Below, in pieces: positions 30,828-41,478 of a stretch of 64,000 nucleotides of DNA (positions are counted from its first letter, which is position 1; every line of letters begins with the position of its first letter). The stretch is from assembly GCA_963823335.1 (NCBI GenBank), contig CAWGLD010000002.1, forward strand, positions 64,001-128,000. The letters run 5' to 3'. This DNA is from an uncultured delta proteobacterium (GTDB lineage: Bacteria; Desulfobacterota; Desulfobacteria; Desulfobacterales; B30-G6). Below the pieces are notes generated by a model. That model did no database searches, was not told the origin of the DNA, and was given only the letters and a program-made list of their open reading frames with translations. A program made the translations under genes and the position numbers.

Positions 30828-32230
30828 TCACGCGCTGATCCGGAAGAGACTGTGGCTTATTTTCTCTACATTGAGCCGGTCATCATCGCCCAGTATCTGC
30901 TGGAAACGTGCAACACGGTTACGCACCTCGGCAAGAGAAACTTCGGGATATTTATTTTGTTGGTGCTCCAGCGATCGGGTTGGATCTGTCTTGCGCAGTT
31001 TGATCCATCGCCGTATCCGGCGCCTGGTTGCCTTGAGCCACCCTTGCAGGCGATCGCCCATGGGTGGCCCCGGTAAACTGGATAGGTCGACCGCCGCTCT
31101 TTTGAGAACATCAATAATTTTCTCACAGGCCAGGGGCCCCTTTTGGGCGGCCAGATAGTGATCAATAAGCGCTTGCCGCTCACCTCCATTTCCAACACCC
31201 AGTTCCCCACAGAGGATTTTTTCCAAGGTTTGCCGCAACTCCTCGAAATTAAAGCACTGATGGCTGAGCATATTCGGCAGGCGGTAGAAGCCATAGTCGT
31301 AATCTTCATTTGTTGTGGCCCGATAACTGACAGTTGGAACTCCCATGGCAAAAGCCTCGACGCTGGTGGTGCAGCCGTTGTGAATCAAAGCTTTGCAAGC
31401 CATCAGCCAGAGCACAACATTACCCTCGTTTATTACATGCACCCGCTCACAGCCCGAAGTGATTTGTTGATAGATCTCGGGATTTTCTACTTGATGGGGA
31501 CGGACGATAATGGTGGTGTGGGGAAGGCCTTTTCAAGGGCCGGGATCATTTCTTGAAAATGTTCAAAAGTCGCCTGTTTAAGATCACGCAATCCTTCGGC
31601 ATACTCCCGGGGCATACCCCGGGCGGCCCGTCCGAATTCCGGCTCTATTCCTGGATTGTCAGTCGGCAGGAATAGATTGCGGATAGGAGAGAAAGCGTTA
31701 ACATGATTGAAATTGGTATTGATGAGAATGAAATCTCCATATGTTTCCCTTATTTTGCTGACTTCCTTTTCGTAATAGGGCTGTATCTCAGTGCGCAGCA
31801 AATCATTGCGCGGGTTGCCGGTAACATGGATCGGTAGATCGGGCGGCAGGTCAGGATACTGGCGCCACAACTCGGCGTTATCTTCTCCCCAGGCAAAAAG
31901 ATGGGAAAGGCAACCGATGGATACGGGTGAGAGCCTTCGGGAAAAATAGATTTCAGGCGGCAGGTGGACCAGGGCATCTTCATCCCAGGCCACGATTTCA
32001 TGGCCCAGTTTGCGTGCTACTTTCAAAAACTTGCTGTGTCCATACAGCAGGGATTTGGCAAGGTATATACCTCTCGGGAAATCTGCAATGCGTGCTTCCA
32101 CTTCCCGCTTGGAGCCGATGATGGACGGCAGCCCTCGTCTTGCCGCAATACAGGCCAGTAAAAGCTTGGCATCCAGCTCGCGTACCTGGTTTTCAACCGG
32201 GATCAATAAAACAGGTTTTTTCGACGTCAT
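30828..32230 (-). pseudogene. Surface carbohydrate biosynthesis protein paralog B (frameshift near 31500)
   Basis: ORFs 31487-32251 and 30828-31442 reconstruct the same family. Confidence 0.8.
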
Positions 32231-33373
32231 AGCACGTGGTCCTCCTTTCACATTTCGTGGACGTTCACGGTTTCAAAAGTTCAGGGATTCAAGGTTGCAT
32301 TGTAGAGCCCTGGATTCCATTTGAAATGCGTATTTACGGCAAAAGCATCAGCTTCATCAGGCCTGCTCCAAAATTTGAGGCCAAAATAATAATTATTTCA
32401 CAATAATCTGCAATGGACCACTGATATTTACTATACAGGTCAACAGCATTGCAAGCCCGATAAAGGATGGACATCGAACGTCCAACGTCGAACATCGAAT
32501 AGTGATATCGCTCAGTTCCGCAATTTAAATTTATTTTTTACGGCTTTCATTACATAATTTATTGCAATCACATCATGTTCACACATGGTTGATGCCATAG
32601 TCAAGATTGAATATTTAAGCAATCCTACCAGTCGAGAGCCTTCCTTAAATTTTCACTATTCAATTCTACGCCTCCGGCCGATCCGGATTGGGTATTTGAT
32701 GCACAATCGGTGATGAATTTTTTATAGTCGCCCAGCACGTTGCTGCTGGCGGCATCGCCGTATACAACTTCTGAACTGAATTTGGTGACATTTATCTCCT
32801 CATGTTACGATCAAACAGAGGGTGTTTACCACAAGAACCGGCTGCATGGCAAGCCCAATGAAGGATGAATATCGGGCAGACTGAACACCAAGTGCTGAGT
32901 ATTTGCGAAAATAGTTCGAAATCGAAACTTTGACCACGCAGGTGGTTAGGCCACTTACCCAATCCGGGCCTCTTCTTCTGGATTTTTTGTTTATGAAACA
33001 GATTTTACGATGGATAATCGGCCAAAACGCCCGACAAAATTGAAGTCAAAAGATTGATAATGGACCACTATCGGCAAGGCCTCCAACGCTGTCAAGAATC
33101 GGTTAATGCCATCTAATCTTTAAGCAGGGCAAATGCCGATGGGACAAAACCGTTAAAACTACAATGCCGGCTCAATATAGCAGCGGATATGGTCACGTCA
33201 AAATACTAGTTGACCCTCTTGATCGGTTACGCTATTTCTGGTATCAGGATATTCCAAAATTAATTGTGAAACTGGAACGAAAAATAGTTTTTTCAAACAT
33301 GCATGAATAATGACGTAGTTTTGTTTTTAATAACCTGTTAATTTTTTTGTTACAAAAAGTGGAGTTTACCCTA

Positions 33374-34433
33374 ATGGAAAAGCGTACATCACAAAAAGCC
33401 AAAGAGCAATACGAGAATAGGTGGGAGGAAGCCTTAGAAATTATTAAGAAAGATATTACTAACAACAAAAAAAGTTTGAGTGAAGTTTTAGACGATTGGC
33501 TTAAATATAAGGTATCAACTCGTTTTGATCAAAATTTCTATTTTGATTTTTACAAAAAATTAGGAATACCTATTAAAAGAGGGCAATCTCCTGAAAAACG
33601 TTACAGTAGTTCAAAATGGAAAATTCGCTGTTGCACCTTTAGATTCTATATTAGACCATAAATTTATTAAAATTTTGGCCAAATATATTTTAGAAAATAA
33701 AAATCGAATTGATTATGTTGTTGAACTTGGAAGTGGCATTGGTATTAACTTGTTTATTCTGGCTGATAAACTTGATCAAGCTATACTACGGCAGATAAAA
33801 TTTTTTTCTTGTGAATTTACAGATTCTGGGAATAAAGCCTGTGAAGAGTTACGTAGATTTAACAATGGATTAAATATGTCTATAGAACATTTTGATTATT
33901 ATAATCCAGATTTTTCGTTTCTTGAGCCAAATAAAAATGTATTATTCTTTACTGCACACTCGATTGAGCAGATTCCGAAAATAGATCGCGCTGTTTTCGA
34001 AGGAATGCTAAAAGTATCGAACCAATGCCATTGCTTTCACGCCGAACCGGTTGGATGGCAGTACGACGAAGAATTGAAGATTAAGCGGGAGCAATTTAAG
34101 CCATATCATTGGAAACGAAAAAAGACGAAATTGGGAAGGAAACTGCTTAAAATTGATCGATGGATGATCTCGAAATTAGGTATTGGTATTGTAGACAGCA
34201 CAAAAAGATATGGAATTGATATAAAGAAAAAGGATATTGGCAAATCGGATAAAGTTTCACCTACTGCAGCACTGTACTCATATTCAAAAGACTATAATAG
34301 TAATCTTGTCTCAATAATAAAGAAGATGGAAGCCGAGGGTTTAATTCGCATTGATTTAGAAATGGTAAATTTATATGGGAAAAAACCGTTTAATCCAAGT
34401 TCGGTTATTTCATGGCATAAGATTGTGAACTAG
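33374..34433 (+). CDS. AT-rich putative SAM-dependent methyltransferase (frameshift near 33610-33660)
   Basis: VVELGSGIG motif I, CEFT, HSIEQIP, EPVGWQ; very AT-rich. Confidence 0.55.
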
Positions 34434-34467
34434 AGATTGTTACTTCGATGTTTAAATACCTCTCAAG

Positions 34468-34558
34468 TGTCAATCCCGCGAAAGCAGGAATCTATAGTTG
34501 TACTGGATGCCGGATCAAAGCTTGCCCCCTGACCCGATCCGGGGTCCTGCATAACGAG
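34468..34558. repeat. REP-like element (gtc.atcccgcgaaagc.ggaatc ... tggatgccggatcaa)
   Basis: Resembles widespread gtcattcccgcgaaagcgggaatc REP units; sits between convergent genes. Confidence 0.5.
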
Positions 34559-34564
34559 ATTCCA

Positions 34565-35419
34565 CTATTTCTTCACACACTTCACAATGGAACCCACAAA
34601 GCGCTGGACAATGTTTCGGTTAGCCTTGCGGGAAAGATTTTGGATGTAGACCGATGAATACTCGGGTTCAATTACCGGGTTTTTATCGAGCACCCAATCA
34701 TTTAGGTCATAGCCAATCAACTTCATATAGTTTCTGTAGGCAGGCTTGAACAGTTCGACGTCTTGTTCGGTAAACCACTGTCGCCAATCACCGGAGGCCT
34801 TTTTACGTACAACTTTTGCCTTACCCGTTGATACCGGGACCTCTCCATCTGCCTTGACGCTAAAACCCAGGTATTTGTTGAGAGACTCAAAATTGCCGGA
34901 AATCATATCTTCATATTTAAATAAAAACCAGCTGTTTCCTAATTCTTTGACAAACGTGTGCATCCGATCATAGCGAACCTGCTCTTCGGTGACAACCTCT
35001 TCAATCGAGCGGGGCCAGTCGCCGTGCCCGCTGTAGCGGGACAGTTCGGCAAAGGAAATGGATACCGGGTCTTTTTCCTTTTTCAAAACCAGTTCGAGAT
35101 GGCTCTTATACTGTTTGATCTTGCCTTTGTGGCCTTTGTGCCAGCGGTACAGCATACGGCTGATGGCAACGTCACGGGGATCCCTGGCTATCCAGATTTT
35201 TCGGTCATAGGATTCTTTTTGTAAATGCTCTTTGTACAGATCAAAGTTTTTGCCTTTGCGCTCTTCATAGGTGTGTTTGTAAACTGCGTTTTCAAAGTTG
35301 CCGATGTGTTTTCCGGGTTGACCTCCGGAAAAAGCATGGCAATCTGGAAGTCCACCGGCTATTTTGTACACCATGGCAGTGGTGCCTGATTTTCCTAATC
35401 CCAAGATTAAAACTCTCAT
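34565..35419 (-). CDS. Sulfotransferase-like protein
   Basis: GLGKSGTT, RDPRDVAISR, KYED, RKKASGDWRQWF. Confidence 0.7.
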   Translation of the reverse strand: MRVLILGLGKSGTTAMVYKIAGGLPDCHAFSGGQPGKHIGNFENAVYKHTYEERKGKNFDLYKEHLQKESYDRKIWIARDPRDVAISRMLYRWHKGHKGKIKQYKSHLELVLKKEKDPVSISFAELSRYSGHGDWPRSIEEVVTEEQVRYDRMHTFVKELGNSWFLFKYEDMISGNFESLNKYLGFSVKADGEVPVSTGKAKVVRKKASGDWRQWFTEQDVELFKPAYRNYMKLIGYDLNDWVLDKNPVIEPEYSSVYIQNLSRKANRNIVQRFVGSIVKCVKK

Positions 35420-35561
35420 TTATGTCCTCCTATCCTTACTTTAAGCGTGGGTTTTTATTTAAAAATAAGTTTTCAGATTCTCTCTTCAATCCCTCTGCAA
35501 ACCAAGGGGAATGCGCTCGCTCTTGCTGTTCAACAAAGATTCATCAAATGGGTTTAACTGC

Positions 35562-36959
35562 TCAAACAAAAATCCGAAAGAGCACGTCACTGAGCTGCTC
35601 AACTTTCAGCGGGGCAGTTTCTCCAATAATCTTCTGTATTCGTTCAATTTTTTCGTTCAGCACCTCAAGACTGATACCCGGAAATTTATGTCTCTGAAAT
35701 TCCGGCCTGTTATGAGAATTTGGCAGGTATGACAACAACCACTTTACCAGGCGGCGTCCATTAGCTATAGAACAAGCCCCCATCCGATCATAAAAAGCCG
35801 GTTTTGATAGTTTGGATCGATCTGCCATCATTGTATCAAGCACATCAACAATTCTCTCACATGCCAGCGGACCGTCCTGTGCAGAAAGATAGTGATCGAT
35901 GTTCGATTGTCTTTCATCACCATCTGCCGCACCGAGTTCACCGGCGATAATTTTTTCAATGGTTACTCGCAGCTCCTCAAAGGTAAAACACTGGTGACTG
36001 AGCAAATTGGGTAACCGATAGAAACCATTATCATAATACTCATTGACGAATGGACGGAATGTGATTGCCGGAACCCTCATCACATAAGCCTCTACTCCGG
36101 TCGTACAACCATTGTGCACAAGCACTTTTGCAGCCAAAAGCCAGGGAACGACGTTACCGTCGTTGGTCACCCGAACATGTTGACACGTTGCAGCAATCTT
36201 GCTGTAGGCTTCGTGATTTTCGGTTGGATGGGGTCTGACGACAATTGTCCAGTCCGGAAACGTCTCTGCTATCGCCGGGATGAGTTTTTTGAACGCATCG
36301 AACAAGGCTTGTTTGTGAGCTCTCAGTCCTTCAGCGAATTCCCGGCTCATGCCTCTGGCGGCCTTGCCAAAGCGTGGTTCTTCACCGGGAGTTTTTACGG
36401 GCCAAGAACAGGTTCTGGTGAGGATAAAAAGCATTGACGTGATTGACATTCGTATTGATGAGGATGAAATTCCCCATGGGCTCTTGCGAATTGCTTTGAT
36501 CTCTTTGGCATAGAAGTCACGCATTTCGGGTCGCAGCATGTCACCGCGAGGATTTCCCGTAATGTGGATCGGGGTCTTGGAAGACAGATGTGGATATTGT
36601 CGCCATAAATCAGCGTTATCCTGACCCCATGCAAAAAGATGGGAAACGTGCTTTATTCCTGTGGGTGAGATTCGACGCGAAAAAAAAGTTTCGGGCGGCA
36701 GATGCACCAGGGCCTCTTCATCCCAGGCCACGATTTCGTGTCCAATCTTGCGCATGATCTGGAACATTTTTCCGCCGCGGGCCGTCATGCTCTTGGAAAG
36801 ATACACGCTCCTGGGGAATGAGGCAATTCGGTTGTCGATTTCCCAGCGTGATCCGATCAGTGCTGAGAACCCCCGGCGAGCCGCAATGCATGCCAATAGC
36901 AGCTTGGGATCCAATTCGCGCACCTGGTTTTCAACAGGAATGATGAGTGATTTTTTCAA
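35562..36959 (-). CDS. Surface carbohydrate biosynthesis protein paralog C (short compensated frameshift near 36400-36480)
   Basis: IIPVENQVRELD…HNGCTTGVEA; TTG start overlaps the PLD stop. Confidence 0.8.
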   Translation of the reverse strand: MKKSLIIPVENQVRELDPKLLLACIAARRGFSALIGSRWEIDNRIASFPRSVYLSKSMTARGGKMFQIMRKIGHEIVAWDEEALVHLPPETFFSRRISPTGIKHVSHLFAWGQDNADLWRQYPHLSSKTPIHITGNPRGDMLRPEMRDFYAKEIKAIRKSPWGISSSSIRMSITSMLFILTRTCSWPVKTPGEEPRFGKAARGMSREFAEGLRAHKQALFDAFKKLIPAIAETFPDWTIVVRPHPTENHEAYSKIAATCQHVRVTNDGNVVPWLLAAKVLVHNGCTTGVEAYVMRVPAITFRPFVNEYYDNGFYRLPNLLSHQCFTFEELRVTIEKIIAGELGAADGDERQSNIDHYLSAQDGPLACERIVDVLDTMMADRSKLSKPAFYDRMGACSIANGRRLVKWLLSYLPNSHNRPEFQRHKFPGISLEVLNEKIERIQKIIGETAPLKVEQLSDVLFRIFV

Positions 36960-38041
36960 TTTTGGGCCTCTAACGCTTCCCAACGTTCAGCGAAAGCGTC
37001 AAAAAGTTTCGGTTCACTGGAAATAGCGCAGATCTCCTGATTGATCCAAAAAGACAGTGTCGACCAATTATAGCTGCCGAAAACAACCCAGCGCCGACTG
37101 CCCTGTTCGACCAAAACAAATTTATTATGCATCGGTAATTTCTCGGCATGCGCGATCCGTCGAAAGGGTATACCCGCCTCGGTCAGTTTCTTTTCGGCCT
37201 TCAAAGATACGCGTCTTAAGGTCGGTTCTGCCAGTATTTCAAGTGAAGCTCCCCGGCGGGCAATTTTCAGCATGGTCTTGATCGCGGTCATCCCATTGAG
37301 ATGCGAGGCCGCGATACGGATGCGGTCACCCTTACCGAAACGTCTGAGGAAGGACGCCGCCGCATGGGATCGGGCCCGGGGCAGGAAATGAATATCCGTA
37401 TGTGTTCCCCGTAAGACACGGTTACCGTCTGCAAAGAATGGCTCAAAGATCCTGTGTCGTGCCCGGTGAATCCATCGCGCATGCTTCACCAGACCGTCAA
37501 CCAGCGCCGGTTCACTGATTCCGACCAGTACGTTATGGGCGCGGTTATGGTCGCCGATTTTGTCAATGACATCCGGCTTCTCTTCCGGGTTGTCGCCGGA
37601 AGGGTTGAAAGACCCGATGAAAGCAACGGGTTTAGGATGAGAAAAGCAATACAGTTTTTCGTGAAGGTTTGGATTGCCCATCTTTCTCCCCGGCATCGGC
37701 ACACGCGGCGGCAGGTATACGGCCCGAAAGCCGCTGCCCAGACCTTGTGCCCCGGAGAGCATGGCAACCACGGCCCTGTTGGCGTGTGGTACATGGGGAT
37801 TTCCTTCCAGGGTCACCCGCACATTAACACTCCGGCGGTGGGCCCGGAGCAACTGCTCGGCCAGCCTCCGGTCGCGGAAATAATAGGTCACCCAGTCAAT
37901 TGTACCGCCTGCCGGTACAGCTTCAATCTGTTCGGCCAACAGATCGCGCAGCCGACCTGCCGGTTGATCGGGGCCACCGAAATAGATTTCATATTGAGAG
38001 CTGGTTGACAATTTAGAGCTCCATCGTGTTATAGGAATCAT
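36956..38041 (-). CDS. Phospholipase D superfamily protein
   Basis: Two HKD-like motifs: LHEKLYCF…GSFNP and MHNKFVLVE…GSYNWS. Confidence 0.8.
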   Translation of the reverse strand: MIPITRWSSKLSTSSQYEIYFGGPDQPAGRLRDLLAEQIEAVPAGGTIDWVTYYFRDRRLAEQLLRAHRRSVNVRVTLEGNPHVPHANRAVVAMLSGAQGLGSGFRAVYLPPRVPMPGRKMGNPNLHEKLYCFSHPKPVAFIGSFNPSGDNPEEKPDVIDKIGDHNRAHNVLVGISEPALVDGLVKHARWIHRARHRIFEPFFADGNRVLRGTHTDIHFLPRARSHAAASFLRRFGKGDRIRIAASHLNGMTAIKTMLKIARRGASLEILAEPTLRRVSLKAEKKLTEAGIPFRRIAHAEKLPMHNKFVLVEQGSRRWVVFGSYNWSTLSFWINQEICAISSEPKLFDAFAERWEALEAQN

Positions 38042-38073
38042 GAAGGCTGTATCCCAATTGGAAAAATGAGGTC

Positions 38074-39477
38074 TTACCCCGCTTGGGGACTGACCTGAAA
38101 GATTTCACTCGAGATTTGATCTACCTGCGACGCACTGCTGTCGCCAAGGGCCTTTTTGATTCGTGAGACCCGTTCACGCACCTCGTCTAAGGATACCCCA
38201 GGATAACGATGGCGATGAAACTCCGGCCGGTTATGCGAATCCGGAAGGTAAGAGAGCAGTTTCTTTACAAATCTCCGCGTGGTTGCCACAGACCAGCCAT
38301 TCATCCGATGAATCAGCGTTGGTTCCTGCATTCGGGAATATTCTGCACTTATTTTCTCGATAACGTCGACAATCCGCTCACAGGCCAACGGCCCGTTTGT
38401 CGCTGCCAGGTGGTGGTCCATCAGCAAGTTGCTCTCATTACCATCTACAGCGCCAAGTTCGCCGGCCAAAATCTTCATCAGGGTTGCCCGCAACTGCTCG
38501 AAATTTAGACATTGATGACTCAACCGGTTGGGCAACTGGTAAAAGCCGTAGTCATAGTAATCATTGACGGTCGCCCTGTAGGAAATGGCAGGGACGCGCA
38601 TGACATAGGCTTCCACGCCTGTGGTACAACCATTGTGGATGAGCGCTTTGGCGGCCATCAACCAGGGGATCACGTTGCCTTCGTTGGTTACCTGCACACG
38701 CTCGCATCGGGCAGCAATTTCGTGATAGACATCATGTTTTTCCGTCGGGTGTGGACGGACAACGATGGTATGGTCCGGAAATGCGTGTTCCAGAGAAGGG
38801 ATGAGTTCTTTGAAGTTCTCGAATATGGCCAGTTTGTGATCCTGAAATCCTTGGGCAAATTCCCGGGTCATACCTCTGGCGGAACGCCCGAAGGTGGGTT
38901 TGTCGCCAGGTTTATTCAGCGGCAGAAACAGGCCCTGGACCGGATAAAAGGCATTTACGTGATTAAAATTGGTGTTGACCAGGATAAAATCTCCATAGGT
39001 GTTGCGGAGTTTTGCCACATCATCTTGAAAAAACCCGCGCATTTCCGACCGCAGCATATCATTGCGCGGATTGCCGGAGATATGGATCGGCACCCGGGTT
39101 GGCAGTTGGGGGTATTGCTGCCACAAATCGACATTGTCCTGACCCCATGCAAACAGATGGGACAGATACCCCATTGCCTCGGGGGAGAGTCGTCGCGAAA
39201 AATAGATCTCAGGCGGCAGATGCACCAGGGCCTCTTCATCCCAGGCAACGATTTCATGCCCAAGCTGGCGCAAAATCTTGAACATCCTGATGCTGCGAAT
39301 CGTCATACTCTTGGAGAGGTAGATGCCTCTTGGAAACGAAGCGATACGAAAATCCAGCTGCTGGCGCGAGCCTATCACCGATGAGAACCCTCGCCGTGCT
39401 GCAATACAGGCCAGCAAAAGTTTGGGGTCGAGCTCGCGCACCTGATTTTCCACCGGAATGAGTAATAACCTGTTAAT
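38074..39477 (-). CDS. Surface carbohydrate biosynthesis protein paralog D (intact; probable ATT start)
   Basis: Intact 459-aa ORF from 39453; conserved LLLIP continues upstream to ATT codons behind GAGGT. Confidence 0.8.
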   Translation of the reverse strand: MNRLLLIPVENQVRELDPKLLLACIAARRGFSSVIGSRQQLDFRIASFPRGIYLSKSMTIRSIRMFKILRQLGHEIVAWDEEALVHLPPEIYFSRRLSPEAMGYLSHLFAWGQDNVDLWQQYPQLPTRVPIHISGNPRNDMLRSEMRGFFQDDVAKLRNTYGDFILVNTNFNHVNAFYPVQGLFLPLNKPGDKPTFGRSARGMTREFAQGFQDHKLAIFENFKELIPSLEHAFPDHTIVVRPHPTEKHDVYHEIAARCERVQVTNEGNVIPWLMAAKALIHNGCTTGVEAYVMRVPAISYRATVNDYYDYGFYQLPNRLSHQCLNFEQLRATLMKILAGELGAVDGNESNLLMDHHLAATNGPLACERIVDVIEKISAEYSRMQEPTLIHRMNGWSVATTRRFVKKLLSYLPDSHNRPEFHRHRYPGVSLDEVRERVSRIKKALGDSSASQVDQISSEIFQVSPQAG

Positions 39478-39500
39478 AATTTACCTCAAATCGCTATTGG

Positions 39501-41441
39501 TCAATTGTTTCCTGCTTTCCGAACCGTTTTTAGAATTGCCGCTGCCAGGCTCTTGCCATCTAATTTATGATACGCCAGCACTTCCGGTGGTGTGCCACAG
39601 GCCGGATACTCGGTTATGGCGAATTTCGTGTACTTTTTGGCGCGTAACCCATCCAATTTTTGGGCTGTATTTAAGACCTGATCCCCCAGCCCTCCGAATT
39701 GGGAATGATTGTCTAAAACGAAAATCGCTTCACAATCTGCCACGTTTTCTTTAAACCAATCTTCATCTATTTGATTGAGCCACGGGAAGTTGACTACTTT
39801 CAGAGAAAAATTTTGCTCATGCAGTGTTTCAGCAGCAATCATGGCCTCATTCAGCATGACCGGTCCGTAGGCAAACAGAACGGCATCCTGTCCATCAATC
39901 ACCACGGTACCCTTACCGGGAACAAACTGGTAGTCATCCGGGAATGGAATGGTTCTGGGTGACGGTGAAATCGCCAGTCGCATCATGCAGTTTTGGCTGG
40001 CTTCATGGACACACCATTTCAACGCTTCTCTCGTTTCAACTGCATTGGCAGGTTCAATCATCGTCATGTTCGGCAGGGCACCAAAGAGCGATATATCACG
40101 GATGCTTTGATGAGACTTGCCCGGGCCGGCGGGAATTAACCCGGCATAGTGGCAAACGTAAATGATTTTGGTCTTCTCGGTGGCGTTGTTGTAAATCTGT
40201 TCGTTGGAACGGGAGGCCAGAAATACCCCGAACGAATTGACAACCGGCAGCATCCCATGCAGGGCCAGGCCGCCGGCAGTGGAGACCATGTCCTGTTCGG
40301 CAATACCGCATTCAATAAATCGTTGTGGAAAGGCTTTTTCAAAAAGCCGCAAACCGCAATCCGCCGACAGGTCGGCATCCAGAACGACCATGTCCTCTCT
40401 ATCCGCCCCCAGTTCGACCAGTGCCTGGCCATATGCCGTGACGACCTTTTCAGCGGTATCTTTTAGCTTAACTCTGTTTTTAGCTCTTGTTTCGATGGTG
40501 TCACAAGCCAAAGCTTTCAACCCGGCGCTTTGAAGTCGATTGTTTATCCTTTCGGAAAGCTCTCCGTACCCGGCCTCAAACGCATCATCATCAGGTGCGC
40601 CGGCATGCCATTTGTACAGAAAATTTTCGTCCGGCAATTCCGTCGGGCCCTCCATAAACGAAATGCCTTTCCCTTTGATGGTGTCGGCAATCAAGACTTT
40701 GGGCTTGTCGGTGATGCCCTTGAGTTTGGAAAAGACCTGCTCCAACGCAGCAAAATCGTGTCCATCACAGCGTTCAACATGCCAGCCGAAAATTCTAAAT
40801 TTGGATTCCAGGTCTCCCAGATCAATGATATGTTTGAAATTCTTGTCGGATTGAAACTTGTTAAAATCAACGATGACGGTGAGGTTATTGATTTTCTGAT
40901 GGGCGGTTGTCTGCAAGGATTCCCAGATCTGTCCTTCCTGCAGTTCTCCATCGCCGGTCATCACCATGACCCGGCCACCGGCCTTGTTTGCGTTTTTAGC
41001 CCATGCCATTCCTTTGGCTTTGGAAATTCCCATACCCAGTGAGCCCGAGTTGGCTTCAATCCCGGCGATGCTGACATCCGGGTGACCATGGGTGCCGCCG
41101 TGGCGTCTCAGATTAATGAACTGTTCTTCAGATATGATACCCATGGCATACAGCACCGCATAGTGTCCCGGCGCATCATGACCCTTGGAGGAAAAATAGA
41201 TGTCCCGGTCAGGATGGGAGATACCGACCTCTGAAATATTCATTTCGGCGAAGTAGAGGGCGGTAACGATGTCCAGTGAACTGAAACTGGAGCCCAGGTG
41301 TCCGGATCCGGCACGTTTGACAGTGGAGATTGCATTGGCGCGACACATGTCGGCCAACAACTGCAGCTTCGTATACTTGTCAATGTCTGCCGCGCGAACG
41401 CGTTTAAATTCTTTTTCAGGAATCAATTTGATTTCGATCAT
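39501..41441 (-). CDS. Fused transketolase-like ThDP enzyme
   Basis: SGHLGSS, SKGH, GSLGMG, GDGELQEG, GIAEQDM. Confidence 0.9.
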   Translation of the reverse strand: MIEIKLIPEKEFKRVRAADIDKYTKLQLLADMCRANAISTVKRAGSGHLGSSFSSLDIVTALYFAEMNISEVGISHPDRDIYFSSKGHDAPGHYAVLYAMGIISEEQFINLRRHGGTHGHPDVSIAGIEANSGSLGMGISKAKGMAWAKNANKAGGRVMVMTGDGELQEGQIWESLQTTAHQKINNLTVIVDFNKFQSDKNFKHIIDLGDLESKFRIFGWHVERCDGHDFAALEQVFSKLKGITDKPKVLIADTIKGKGISFMEGPTELPDENFLYKWHAGAPDDDAFEAGYGELSERINNRLQSAGLKALACDTIETRAKNRVKLKDTAEKVVTAYGQALVELGADREDMVVLDADLSADCGLRLFEKAFPQRFIECGIAEQDMVSTAGGLALHGMLPVVNSFGVFLASRSNEQIYNNATEKTKIIYVCHYAGLIPAGPGKSHQSIRDISLFGALPNMTMIEPANAVETREALKWCVHEASQNCMMRLAISPSPRTIPFPDDYQFVPGKGTVVIDGQDAVLFAYGPVMLNEAMIAAETLHEQNFSLKVVNFPWLNQIDEDWFKENVADCEAIFVLDNHSQFGGLGDQVLNTAQKLDGLRAKKYTKFAITEYPACGTPPEVLAYHKLDGKSLAAAILKTVRKAGNN

Positions 41442-41478
41442 TATTGTCGGCGCTCCTTTTAAATTCTACCTAGAATAG

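Noticed and set aside
32655-32800. Short minus-strand ORFs in the 1.1-kb intergenic gap
   Set aside because: No recognisable motif; two competing frames; may be a decayed gene.
33120-33175. GGGCAAA…GGGAC resembling a c-di-GMP-I riboswitch
   Set aside because: The GNRA tetraloop stem and the GCAAA junction cannot be built.
11682-34433. Genome-wide reassignment of TAG to Pyl
   Set aside because: Several ordinary genes end in TAG at their expected C-termini.
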